Shown here one piece after another: positions 49,834 to 57,775 of a stretch of DNA of 64,000 bases. Each line of letters begins with the position of its first letter. Within the stretch, counting starts at the first letter, position 1. The notes under the pieces were generated by a model. The model ran no database searches. It had not been told where the DNA came from and saw nothing but the letters and a program-made list of their open reading frames with translations. Location of the stretch: positions 12,252-76,251 of the forward strand of contig CAYSXR010000002.1 of assembly GCA_964435035.1 (NCBI GenBank), read 5' to 3'. The translations under genes and the position numbers were made by a program. The stretch comes from an uncultured Gammaproteobacteria bacterium. Its GTDB lineage: Bacteria > Patescibacteriota > Patescibacteriia > Magasanikbacterales > UBA922.

Positions 49834-50040
49834 ATGTCAGATTCAGAAAGAAATGATCAGCCGCGCCTTCGGAGTCGCCGTCGAGTCCATACTGCCGGAG
49901 CTTTCGATCACATTCAACGTGTGCTCGTCGACGAAGAGCAGAATATGCCACCCTATCGGAACGTAGGGCATCAGCAGCCCGGAGTGCGTCTCAGTGATGC
50001 ATGCATCATTCCCAACCAGCGGCCGGACTACAAGTCCTGA
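49834..50040 (+). CDS. Hypothetical small protein (68 aa) in high-GC island D
   Basis: RBS AGAGGAAA 7 nt upstream of the ATG. Arg-rich N-terminus. A bidirectional terminator lies at 50108-50134. Confidence 0.3.
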   Translation: MSDSERNDQPRLRSRRRVHTAGAFDHIQRVLVDEEQNMPPYRNVGHQQPGVRLSDACIIPNQRPDYKS

Positions 50041-50107
50041 TCCGTGATCCTCTTGCCCGGAGACTGCTCGCTCAATGCGAGTAGTCTTCCTGGCCCCTTC
50101 GTCAAAT

Positions 50108-50134
50108 TAAAAGAAGCTCCTAATAGGAGCTTCT
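50108..50134. terminator. Bidirectional terminator between island D and elp3
   Basis: AAAAGAAGCTCCTAATAGGAGCTTCTT. Confidence 0.6.
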
Positions 50135-51807
50135 TATGTTATTTCTTTAATCATGTACGTTCCTTCTTTTTTGTAGCCAAGCTTTTCATAATATCCCCGT
50201 ACACCTACTCCGGAAATTACGGCAAGTTTTTTTACGTTATTTTTTTTGGTAATGCGTTCAGCCTCGGCCATTAATTTTTTTCCATATCCTTTGTGCTGAC
50301 TACCGATTGTTTTTGTCTTTCCAATTCCAATCATTTGTCCGTATACATGGAGTTCACGGATGAATGCGCTTCCTTTGATTTCGGGCATGAGGGTGTGCAG
50401 GGTTTCTAGTTGTCTGGTTTTCTGGTTGTCTGGTTCGTGAGGAATGCGGAGACGAAGAAAACCGTAGACTGCGATACGATTTTTATCTTCCATTGAAATA
50501 AAGTATTCGGTCCCTCCAATAGTTTCGTAGGTGTCTACGAAAACGTGTGGTTCAGCGTCTGGATCTATCTTGTCTTTTTGGCGATAAATCTCTCGGCAAC
50601 GCAAACACTCGCAATGTTTTCCTTCTTTTTTGAGTTGGTACTCGAGCATTTCACGGAGGTTGGTGATGATATTTCCATTTTCAATTTCTGTTGCAGGAAT
50701 ATCTCGAATAAGTCGGGAAATACGGCAATAGCGTGGAGTTGCAAGTTTCATTTCGAGTAATGCCCGGAACAATCCTTCATCTCCATATGATTTGTAACGA
50801 CCATCTAAGAACCATTGGTATAATTCTGCTGATTTAATTACGGTGTTTGGATAAATCTTAATCATGTCTGGACGAAGTCCTAAATCTGAAAAGATTTCTT
50901 TATACATTTCAATATCATGTTCAGGTGTGGTTCCAGGTAAATCTGGCATGAAGTGTAAATCCACTTTGAATCCCGCTTCGCGAAGCAAATAAATTGCGTC
51001 ACGGAATTGTTGTACCGTATGTCCTCGATTGATCAGCTTTAAAATAGTATCATCAGTTGCTTGAAGTCCGAGTTCAATTCGCGTACAACCTTGTAAACGC
51101 ATGTGATGAATAGATTTCGGTGAAATTGCATCGGGTCTGGTTTCAAGGGTCAAGCCAATAATACGATGTCCGGTTGATTCATTGATGGTTTGTTCCATAT
51201 CTAATGCAGCTTGTAGGTCAGCAATAGATTTGTCATTCCAATATTCTTCAGGTGTGGGACCTATAGGTACTTCTCGATTGAAGTCATTGCAAGCTTTAAA
51301 GGATTCGAGAATAAACCAATATTGGTATTTGAGAGGGTAGGCATTCCAGGTTCCACCTTTTAATATGTATTCAATTTTGTCTGTTGGGTGTCCGTTCAAT
51401 TCAAGCATTTCAAGACGTTTTTTCATTTGCTCGTACGGACTAAAATCAAGTCTGAGAGCTCGTGCTGCTGCTGGTTCGGTGGCAATATAGCTTTTTGGCA
51501 TTCTAAGTTCGGTAGGGCAGTAAATGCATTTACCGGGGCAGGTATAGGGTTTTACCAGAGAGGTAATTATTACTACTCCAGAGAGTGTTCGCACATTTGC
51601 TTTGCGTAGGAAAAATTCCATCTGTTCGTCGGGTAGAATACTTTTCTTTTCAATAAGACTCTGGTAGGCTATGAGCAGTGCCTGATTTGCAGGCTGTCGA
51701 ATATTTAGCTTCGAAGCACCACGACGTTTTGCATCGTCAAAATCGTCCTTGGTTAGAGGCTTGTCGTCGACAATATATTTCATTAGTTTTTCAGCGATTT
51801 CGTTCAT
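50134..51807 (-). CDS. elp3: Elp3-family radical-SAM/GNAT protein (tRNA uridine-34 modification acetyltransferase homolog)
   Basis: Radical SAM core (CPGKCIYCP) and C-terminal GNAT domain (HKGYGKKLMAEAERI). 557 aa. Confidence 0.85.
   Translation of the reverse strand: MNEIAEKLMKYIVDDKPLTKDDFDDAKRRGASKLNIRQPANQALLIAYQSLIEKKSILPDEQMEFFLRKANVRTLSGVVIITSLVKPYTCPGKCIYCPTELRMPKSYIATEPAAARALRLDFSPYEQMKKRLEMLELNGHPTDKIEYILKGGTWNAYPLKYQYWFILESFKACNDFNREVPIGPTPEEYWNDKSIADLQAALDMEQTINESTGHRIIGLTLETRPDAISPKSIHHMRLQGCTRIELGLQATDDTILKLINRGHTVQQFRDAIYLLREAGFKVDLHFMPDLPGTTPEHDIEMYKEIFSDLGLRPDMIKIYPNTVIKSAELYQWFLDGRYKSYGDEGLFRALLEMKLATPRYCRISRLIRDIPATEIENGNIITNLREMLEYQLKKEGKHCECLRCREIYRQKDKIDPDAEPHVFVDTYETIGGTEYFISMEDKNRIAVYGFLRLRIPHEPDNQKTRQLETLHTLMPEIKGSAFIRELHVYGQMIGIGKTKTIGSQHKGYGKKLMAEAERITKKNNVKKLAVISGVGVRGYYEKLGYKKEGTYMIKEIT
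50401..50437. repeat. GTCTGGTT / CTAGTT word repeat copy embedded in-frame in the elp3 coding region
   Basis: GGTTTCTAGTTGTCTGGTTTTCTGGTTGTCTGGTT encodes the HEPDNQKTRQLET insert on the minus strand. Confidence 0.7.
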
Positions 51808-51811
51808 GCTA

Positions 51812-51915
51812 TCTTTATAGAATAGAACACGGATGACACGGATCTAACGGATTAGAACGGATTTGTATTTATCCGTGTCTATCCATTTAATCCGTTAAAT
51901 CAGTGTTCCATTTAT
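51812..51915. repeat. ACGGAT-word palindromic intergenic element, copy 3
   Basis: TAGAATAGAACACGGATGACACGGATCTAACGGATTAGAACGGATTT plus inverted arm. Lies between divergent elp3 and the MTase-Nudix gene. Confidence 0.85.
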
Positions 51916-51921
51916 CAAATT

Positions 51922-53061
51922 ATGCAAAATAACAATTTCATTTCCCAAAATAAAGACGTCTATAATACTATTGCTTCGTATTTTTCTAGTACCCGTCAAT
52001 TTGTCTGGGAAGATTTAAAGGATTTTTCCCAGTATATCACGAAGGAAGACACGGTTCTTGATATTGGCTGTGGGAACGGTAGAGTATATCAATTATGCGA
52101 GAATTTGCAAGTAGCTTACACTGGAATTGATCAGAGTGAAGAGCTCATCGCGATTGCTAAAAATAAGTATCCGACAGTTCATTTTGATGTAGGGGAGATG
52201 ACTGAGCTTCCATACGAGGATGCCTCTTTTTCTATAATTATTTGTGTTGCAACTTTTAATCATTTACCTGATCGTGATTCACGATTGAAATCACTTGGTG
52301 AGATGAAGCGGGTACTCAAACCTGGTGGAATAATTCTCATGACGAATTGGAATGTATTATCAGATAATGCACAGAAGTACATTGATCGTGAAAAATGGAA
52401 AATTGTAGATAATAATAGACAAGATGTATTAGTGCCATGGATGACGCCGGTTGGTGAAAAAATGCCGGGTGATCGGTATTATCATGGGTATGAGTTATCG
52501 GAATTATTTGAATTATTTACGGATATTGGGTTTATTGTCGAGCAACAATATTATGCAAAAAAAGGGAAGCGAAGTAATAAACATCAAGGGCATAATATGG
52601 TAAGTATCGTACGGAATAAGTGGACCGGTGTGCCTTCTGCTGGGGGAGTGGTAGTGCGAAAAGAGGGTGATAAATATGTAGTGGCACTTGAACGCGATAC
52701 TGCATTGGAAAAATCCGACTACTGGTTTATTCCCAAGGGGCACCTGGATTCAGGAGAAACATTGGAAGAAGCTGCACGAAGAGAAATTAGTGAGGAAGTT
52801 GGAATTTTAGAATTGGAATATGAATGTTTTCTGATGAAAAGTGAACGAAAGTCGTTTGTCGGGGATGAGTGGAAGAATATGTATTATTTTTTGTATATCA
52901 CAAAACAAATTGAATTAAAACCAAAGCTATTGTCAGGAGAGAGACATCATGAAGCTAAATGGGTAGATTTGTTTCAAAAGGAACCTATATCTTCGTTTGA
53001 GGAGCAAGAAAACGTTTTTAAATTGGTACGGACTTATATTGACGCGCGTAAGATTTCTTGA
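51922..53061 (+). CDS. Fusion protein: class I SAM methyltransferase (N-terminal) plus Nudix hydrolase (C-terminal)
   Basis: VLDIGCGNGRV and VLKPGGIIL MTase motifs, then Nudix box GHLDSGETLEEAARREISEEVG. Confidence 0.7.
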   Translation: MQNNNFISQNKDVYNTIASYFSSTRQFVWEDLKDFSQYITKEDTVLDIGCGNGRVYQLCENLQVAYTGIDQSEELIAIAKNKYPTVHFDVGEMTELPYEDASFSIIICVATFNHLPDRDSRLKSLGEMKRVLKPGGIILMTNWNVLSDNAQKYIDREKWKIVDNNRQDVLVPWMTPVGEKMPGDRYYHGYELSELFELFTDIGFIVEQQYYAKKGKRSNKHQGHNMVSIVRNKWTGVPSAGGVVVRKEGDKYVVALERDTALEKSDYWFIPKGHLDSGETLEEAARREISEEVGILELEYECFLMKSERKSFVGDEWKNMYYFLYITKQIELKPKLLSGERHHEAKWVDLFQKEPISSFEEQENVFKLVRTYIDARKIS

Positions 53062-53086
53062 CGCTTTTGTGCATTTGCATTAGAGT
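53058..53086 (+). promoter_or_regulatory. Sigma70-like promoter TTGACG-17-TAGAGT for the island E gene
   Basis: Hexamers with an exact 17-bp spacer. They overlap the stop codon of the upstream gene. Confidence 0.45.
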
Positions 53087-53140
53087 ACATCCGGTTTCTT
53101 TCATGACTGGGTTTGTTCCATCACCAAGGAGGTGTGGTGT

Positions 53141-53428
53141 ATGCGGAGCTACCGATTGTTTACTGAAGCGGTCAAGAAAATCATCCCCGATGTCGAGCTG
53201 CATACAGCTCTTGATGCTCAGCAGGAGACGATCGTCGATAGCCTCCTCCCTCAGAATGTGGATGATGTTCCGATCGAGGTCATCATTTTGTATCTCGAAG
53301 GTGGTAGACATGGCGCGCTCCTCAAAAGGCTCAAAGGAGCTGAAGCTGTGCGTGTGCTCTTCGAGGAGTGGAAACATGGCAAGTGGAGCGACTGGGTCAG
53401 GGTGGGGGCGAGGCGCGAGGGTAGATGA
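53141..53428 (+). CDS. Hypothetical small protein (95 aa) in high-GC island E
   Basis: RBS CACCAAGGAGG 8 nt upstream of the ATG. Hairpin ACGTAGGGT..ACCCTACGT downstream. Confidence 0.4.
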   Translation: MRSYRLFTEAVKKIIPDVELHTALDAQQETIVDSLLPQNVDDVPIEVIILYLEGGRHGALLKRLKGAEAVRVLFEEWKHGKWSDWVRVGARREGR

Positions 53429-53495
53429 AAGAGCGGGAGCAGCGCCAGGTGAGTAATTAATGAAGGAAGCACGTAGGGTGTGGATTCCCCATACC

Positions 53496-54383
53496 CTACG
53501 TTCCTGTAATCAGGCATGCGACCGACCCATCGAATTTCCATCCTTTGTCTAGAGCTTTTTGCAGTCCTGCGATTGATAGGGCAGAGTTTGGGGAGACTAA
53601 AATTTCACAGGTGTCCTCGGTGAGTTTGATTGCAGATTGAATTTTCTCATCGCTTACAATCCAACCAGATCCCTTGGATTTTTTTATTATGTCGATTACT
53701 TTTTCTTTTCGGTGAGCCACATTGTCGACAATTGCACTAGCGAGTGATGTTTCTGTATGGGTAAATTCTGTATCAAAATATTCGGCCATAGGGTGACAAT
53801 GTTCGGTTTGTACAATATGAATTTGTGGTTTTGGTTCTGATAGTTTTTCAAATTCAAGTCCTAGTGCTTGTGCAGTGGTTCCTGAAGATGTGGGAATGAA
53901 AATGGCGGACAAATTTGGAATGTGAGCGAGTTCTTTTGCGAGTTCAAAGTATCCCTCGAGTGCGAGGTCATCAGTTGATTGTCGGAGATTCAATGCGGTT
54001 CCTGTTTTGTGCATGTGAAGTGCTTCTTTTTTTGGTCGTTCGGTTTGTATAATCGTAATATGTGCATCTTCTTCTTTTTCTGTTTCAAGAATTATGAGTT
54101 TTTTTGGTTGTATTTTTTGTCCGACAAATACCGTGAGTTTGAGTGGGGTTTCAGTATTGTTTCGATTATGTGATCGTACATACTTTATTGCAGAGAGCGC
54201 TGCATTTCCAGATGATGAAATAACAAAAGACGTTTTATTTTCTTTTTGCACATAATGCTCAATCATGTGGGGAATTGAACGTCCCTTGTGCGATCCAAAC
54301 GCGTGTAGATCTTCACGTTTGAGGTACACTTCAACCCCGAACATGTCGTTTAGATTTTGATATGATTGTTGAGTAGTTTTCAT
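53496..54383 (-). CDS. PLP-dependent enzyme of the tryptophan-synthase-beta (fold type II) superfamily
   Basis: LKREDLHAFGSHKGRS lysine motif. Start moved to the internal ATG at 54383 so that it does not overlap the divergent promoter. Confidence 0.55.
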   Translation of the reverse strand: MKTTQQSYQNLNDMFGVEVYLKREDLHAFGSHKGRSIPHMIEHYVQKENKTSFVISSSGNAALSAIKYVRSHNRNNTETPLKLTVFVGQKIQPKKLIILETEKEEDAHITIIQTERPKKEALHMHKTGTALNLRQSTDDLALEGYFELAKELAHIPNLSAIFIPTSSGTTAQALGLEFEKLSEPKPQIHIVQTEHCHPMAEYFDTEFTHTETSLASAIVDNVAHRKEKVIDIIKKSKGSGWIVSDEKIQSAIKLTEDTCEILVSPNSALSIAGLQKALDKGWKFDGSVACLITGT

Positions 54384-54389
54384 ACATTT

Positions 54390-54418
54390 TTGACTATGGG
54401 AAAATATCGTGTTATAGT
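54390..54418 (+). promoter_or_regulatory. Sigma70-like promoter TTGACT-17-TATAGT reading toward the LysW-like micro-ORF
   Basis: Near-consensus hexamers with a 17-bp spacer. Confidence 0.45.
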
Positions 54419-54502
54419 TTTTCTTGCGCATATACTTTGCGCAACTTTATTTTAGTCCTGCCCCTGCTCAAGCTGTGGCAGACGATGTAAACACTACCAT
54501 GT

Positions 54503-54664
54503 ATGAGACTTATCTGTCCAGAATGTAAAAATGAAGTCGATATTTCAACATTCCCTAATCTTGCTATTGATCAGGTACTTGAGTGTGATACCTGTGGAAT
54601 TACACTTGTGGTGATTGATGTGGGCGACGAAGTATTTGCCGAAATTGTTGATGAGGGGAAATAA
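54503..54664 (+). CDS. LysW-like zinc-ribbon micro-protein (53 aa)
   Basis: MRLICPECKNEVDISTFPNLAIDQVLECDTCGITLVVIDVGDEVFAEIVDEGK: CPxC...CDTCG pattern and acidic tail. Not in the supplied ORF track because it is under 60 aa. Confidence 0.4.
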   Translation: MRLICPECKNEVDISTFPNLAIDQVLECDTCGITLVVIDVGDEVFAEIVDEGK

Positions 54665-54679
54665 ATTAGTTATTGCATT

Positions 54680-55035
54680 ACGTCATCCCCGCGAAAGCGG
54701 GGATCTTGTGTAATAGGAGGGGTATGGAATATTTTTTTGTGTATATTTTAGCTAGTAAAAAGTGCGGTGTTTTGTATATTGGAGTTACGAATGATCTAAC
54801 GCGTAGGGTTCAGGAATATAAAGCAGGAATTATTGAGGGGTTTACAAAAAAGTATTTTGTACACAAACTAGTATATTTTGAAACGTATACTTTTATTTTA
54901 GAAGCGATTAAACGAGAAAAGCAGCTTAAGAAATGGAATAGAGAGTGGAAGATAGGCTTAATAGAAAAGCAAAATCCAAATTGGTTAGACTTAGCTTCAG
55001 AGGAAAAAAGATCCCCGCTTTCGCGGGGATGACGT
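54680..55035 (+). mobile_element. GIY-YIG nuclease gene bounded by perfect 28-bp terminal inverted repeats (candidate miniature mobile cassette)
   Basis: TIR-L at 54680-54707 is ACGTCATCCCCGCGAAAGCGGGGATCTT. TIR-R at 55008-55035 is its exact reverse complement. Each TIR is itself a hairpin. Confidence 0.5.
54724..55032 (+). CDS. GIY-YIG nuclease superfamily protein
   Basis: YFFVYILASKKCGVLYIGVTNDLTRRVQEH-like GIY-YIG motif. RBS TAGGAGGGG. C-terminal codons overlap the right TIR. Confidence 0.7.
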   Translation: MEYFFVYILASKKCGVLYIGVTNDLTRRVQEYKAGIIEGFTKKYFVHKLVYFETYTFILEAIKREKQLKKWNREWKIGLIEKQNPNWLDLASEEKRSPLSRG

Positions 55036-55078
55036 CTTAAATGTAGTAATTTGCTAAGCGTTAGTCGGAATGACGCTG

Positions 55079-55627
55079 TCACTCAAATAGCATTTTTTTG
55101 AATTCGTCCAGTTTTCCTTGGTAATGAAGTTTGAGAATATCAAGTGTGAGATCTTTTGAACGGAAATCCGGATGCATGAGTATTTCCATGAATTCATCGA
55201 ATGATACTAGACGTGTTCTGATACGTTCACCAGGATCTAGGCGTTGTTCGGTGACTTTTGTACAATTTTTTGCAATAAAACATGAAATAGTCCAGTCCAT
55301 TTTATTGTATAGGTTTCGTTCACGATATAATTTCCAGTGTTCTGCGGTATACCCGGTTTCCTCGAGCATTTCACGTTTGGCTCCCTCAAGTGCACTTTCA
55401 CCTTCGTTAATTACTCCACCGATGAGGCCAATACGTTTTGAAATGGTTGGTTGTTCCTCCTCTGCAACCATGATTTTATCTCCCATAATCGGTAGTACTT
55501 GTACGCTTCCGAGCCGTGTAAGTCCTTCGAATGTTTCAGTCGTTCCATCAAACATTTCTTGTTCCCATTGATATACATCAAAGATTTTTCCTTTGAATAC
55601 TTTTTTTGCATGTTTGGGTATGGACAT
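55079..55627 (-). CDS. Nudix hydrolase
   Basis: Nudix box GGVINEGESALEGAKREMLEETG. Confidence 0.8.
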   Translation of the reverse strand: MSIPKHAKKVFKGKIFDVYQWEQEMFDGTTETFEGLTRLGSVQVLPIMGDKIMVAEEEQPTISKRIGLIGGVINEGESALEGAKREMLEETGYTAEHWKLYRERNLYNKMDWTISCFIAKNCTKVTEQRLDPGERIRTRLVSFDEFMEILMHPDFRSKDLTLDILKLHYQGKLDEFKKMLFE

Positions 55628-55628
55628 A

Positions 55629-57005
55629 TTATTTTTTTATTCTCTCCACCAGTTCTTCTATCATACCACGAAATCCGTGGCTTCCGAGAAATGCAATCGT
55701 GTCTCCTTTTTTTGCCATTTCAGAAAGTTTTGTAATCAAATTACCATCATTATCGAGATATTCAACATTGCGATGGGTTTCCCCAATTACATTTACAAGC
55801 TCTGCTCCATCGAGTGGGGTTTCTGAGTTTTTATCTGTTTTGATTACGGTAAGTCGGGGGATAATCACTATATCTGCATCTTTGAACGCATGATCGTATC
55901 CTTTTGCAGCACTTGGCTGTCGGTTTCCCGTGTTTGGTTCGAATAGTGCAATTACTTTACCTTTCGTTATTTTTCGAACGGTAGAAAGTGCTGAACTTGC
56001 TTTTGCAGGGGAGTGAGCAATATCATCAATGATAGTAATATCTCCTTTCAGTCTTTTTTCCATGCGACGCTTGAGTCCTTGGTGATTGGCTATACTTTTG
56101 ATAATTGAGTTTACTTCGACTCCAATTGTGTGTGCGAGTGCAAAACAGCCAGTAATATTTTCCGCTTGATACTCACTGAGAAATGGAGATTGAATATTGA
56201 ATACTGAATGTTGATTTTTTATTTTGAATGTCATGCCTGTTGTTGAAGTTTTTACCTCAAAAAATTGGTAGTCATTATGCTCGCTTAGTCCATAACTCAC
56301 GGTTTTGCATAATGCGTGTTTTGCATAGTCGTGCGCACGTTCAGAAATTACTAAGAGACCGTTTGCTGGCAGTGACAAAATTAATGTTTCAAAAGTTTCA
56401 AAATATTTTTGTTCAGTTGGGTAGATATCAGCATGATCCCATTCAACTGCGGTTAATAATAAATGTGTTGGATCATAGTGTGCGAATTTGGGGCTATTGT
56501 CCCATCGTGCAGTTTTGTATTCATCACCTTCGAGTACATTCCATATACCACTTCCAATTACGGCTGAAGGTATCTCATCAATACTTAATCCTCCAAACAT
56601 GTAGCTTGGATCATAGTTTGCATCAGTAAGAATCTGCGATAGGAGTGCTGCTGAACTCGTTTTGCCGTATGTGCCAGCACAGACAATAGAGTTTTCTTTG
56701 AGAAAAAACTTTTTGATTAATTCTGGATAGGAGACGTAAGGTATTTTATTCTCTTGTACAAAAATCCATTCTGGATTAGTAGAGGCTGCAACATTTCCTA
56801 CGACCACGAGATCAGGATTTCCATTTGAGCACATTTTGGTAGGATGCCATCCTGGATAGTAGGGGACGTCATTATTTTTTAGATATGTTGAAATAGGAGG
56901 AAAGAATCCTTTGTCACTACCTGTCACGTTGTGCCCAGCTTTTTTGAGCGCGAGTGCGAGACCTCCCATGGCTACGCCGCAAATTCCGATAAAGTGGATT
57001 TTCAT
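55629..57005 (-). CDS. Mur ligase family protein, Mpl/MurC-like
   Basis: N-terminus IHFIGICGVAMGGLALALKKAGHNVTGSD..FFPPIS is close to Mpl. Mur ligase middle domain (GTYGKTS) and C-terminal domain. Confidence 0.8.
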   Translation of the reverse strand: MKIHFIGICGVAMGGLALALKKAGHNVTGSDKGFFPPISTYLKNNDVPYYPGWHPTKMCSNGNPDLVVVGNVAASTNPEWIFVQENKIPYVSYPELIKKFFLKENSIVCAGTYGKTSSAALLSQILTDANYDPSYMFGGLSIDEIPSAVIGSGIWNVLEGDEYKTARWDNSPKFAHYDPTHLLLTAVEWDHADIYPTEQKYFETFETLILSLPANGLLVISERAHDYAKHALCKTVSYGLSEHNDYQFFEVKTSTTGMTFKIKNQHSVFNIQSPFLSEYQAENITGCFALAHTIGVEVNSIIKSIANHQGLKRRMEKRLKGDITIIDDIAHSPAKASSALSTVRKITKGKVIALFEPNTGNRQPSAAKGYDHAFKDADIVIIPRLTVIKTDKNSETPLDGAELVNVIGETHRNVEYLDNDGNLITKLSEMAKKGDTIAFLGSHGFRGMIEELVERIKK

Positions 57006-57709
57006 ACGCTTAAAATTTTCTTTAACTCATCAACATTAGTATTCCATTTCTCCCCATCAAACCATTCAGCTCCGGAAAATTGGAATTTGTAGGTATCAGT
57101 AGGACGTTGTGCTGAGCCTAGGTACACATATTTTTTTCCAGTATCTTTCGCCCATACAATTGCCTTCGTCATCATACCGATACCGATATTGGTAAATTGA
57201 CTTACGTTTGTAAGTTCGTAGAATGGGTATGAGTAATGCAGAATGTCTTTATTGGTATAACAAATTGCGTAGCCGAGTGTTGATACTTCACTCTGATTGG
57301 TTGTAACGACCCTCTCTAACTCCCCCTTGTAGGGGGAGGAATATTCGAGAAGCAGATTAAAGTTGCGATTATCCGCGTCGGTCAGCAATTCTTTTACTTT
57401 GTTTGCGCTAAAGGTGCCGTCACCAAATTTGGTGGTATAAAAATCTTTGGCAAGTTTGCCAATTGACCAGTGGTAGTCGGAATAGGGAAGGGGAATGGTA
57501 ACCAGTGTGATTTCATCTGTCTTTTTGAGCACACGTCGATTTTCGCTTGATAATTCAAATTTTGATAAATCAATTCGTACACTGCGTGTCTGATCCATCT
57601 CACCTTTGCCTCTGCGTGTAAAAACAAAACCATCAGCGTACATTTTACTGATGTTCTCTGAGGAAAAATCGGTGATTGTTTGTTTTTTCCAGCTTAAGTA
57701 GTTTGACAT
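57002..57709 (-). CDS. Arginyl/leucyl-tRNA-protein transferase (Ate/Bpt) family protein
   Basis: ATE_N-like GFVFTRRG, then ATE_C-like SENRRVLKK...EYS...YVYLGS...KFQF..EW. Start moved to the ATG at 57709 because the longer ORF reads through an intergenic repeat. Confidence 0.6.
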   Translation of the reverse strand: MSNYLSWKKQTITDFSSENISKMYADGFVFTRRGKGEMDQTRSVRIDLSKFELSSENRRVLKKTDEITLVTIPLPYSDYHWSIGKLAKDFYTTKFGDGTFSANKVKELLTDADNRNFNLLLEYSSPYKGELERVVTTNQSEVSTLGYAICYTNKDILHYSYPFYELTNVSQFTNIGIGMMTKAIVWAKDTGKKYVYLGSAQRPTDTYKFQFSGAEWFDGEKWNTNVDELKKILSV

Positions 57710-57775
57710 AGAATAGAACACGGATGACACGGATTTAACGGATTGGGACGGATTATATTTATTATTGATCTTGTT
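57710..57775. repeat. ACGGAT-word element, copy 4 (single arm)
   Basis: TAGAATAGAACACGGATGACACGGATTTAACGGATTGGGACGGATT, abutting the start codon at 57709. Confidence 0.8.

Noticed and set aside
54384-54431. First 16 codons of ORF 53496..54431 (MRKKNYNTIFSHSQKC)
   Set aside because: They overlap a near-consensus divergent promoter (TTGACT-17-TATAGT). The internal ATG at 54383 gives a normal N-terminus for a fold-type II PLP enzyme.
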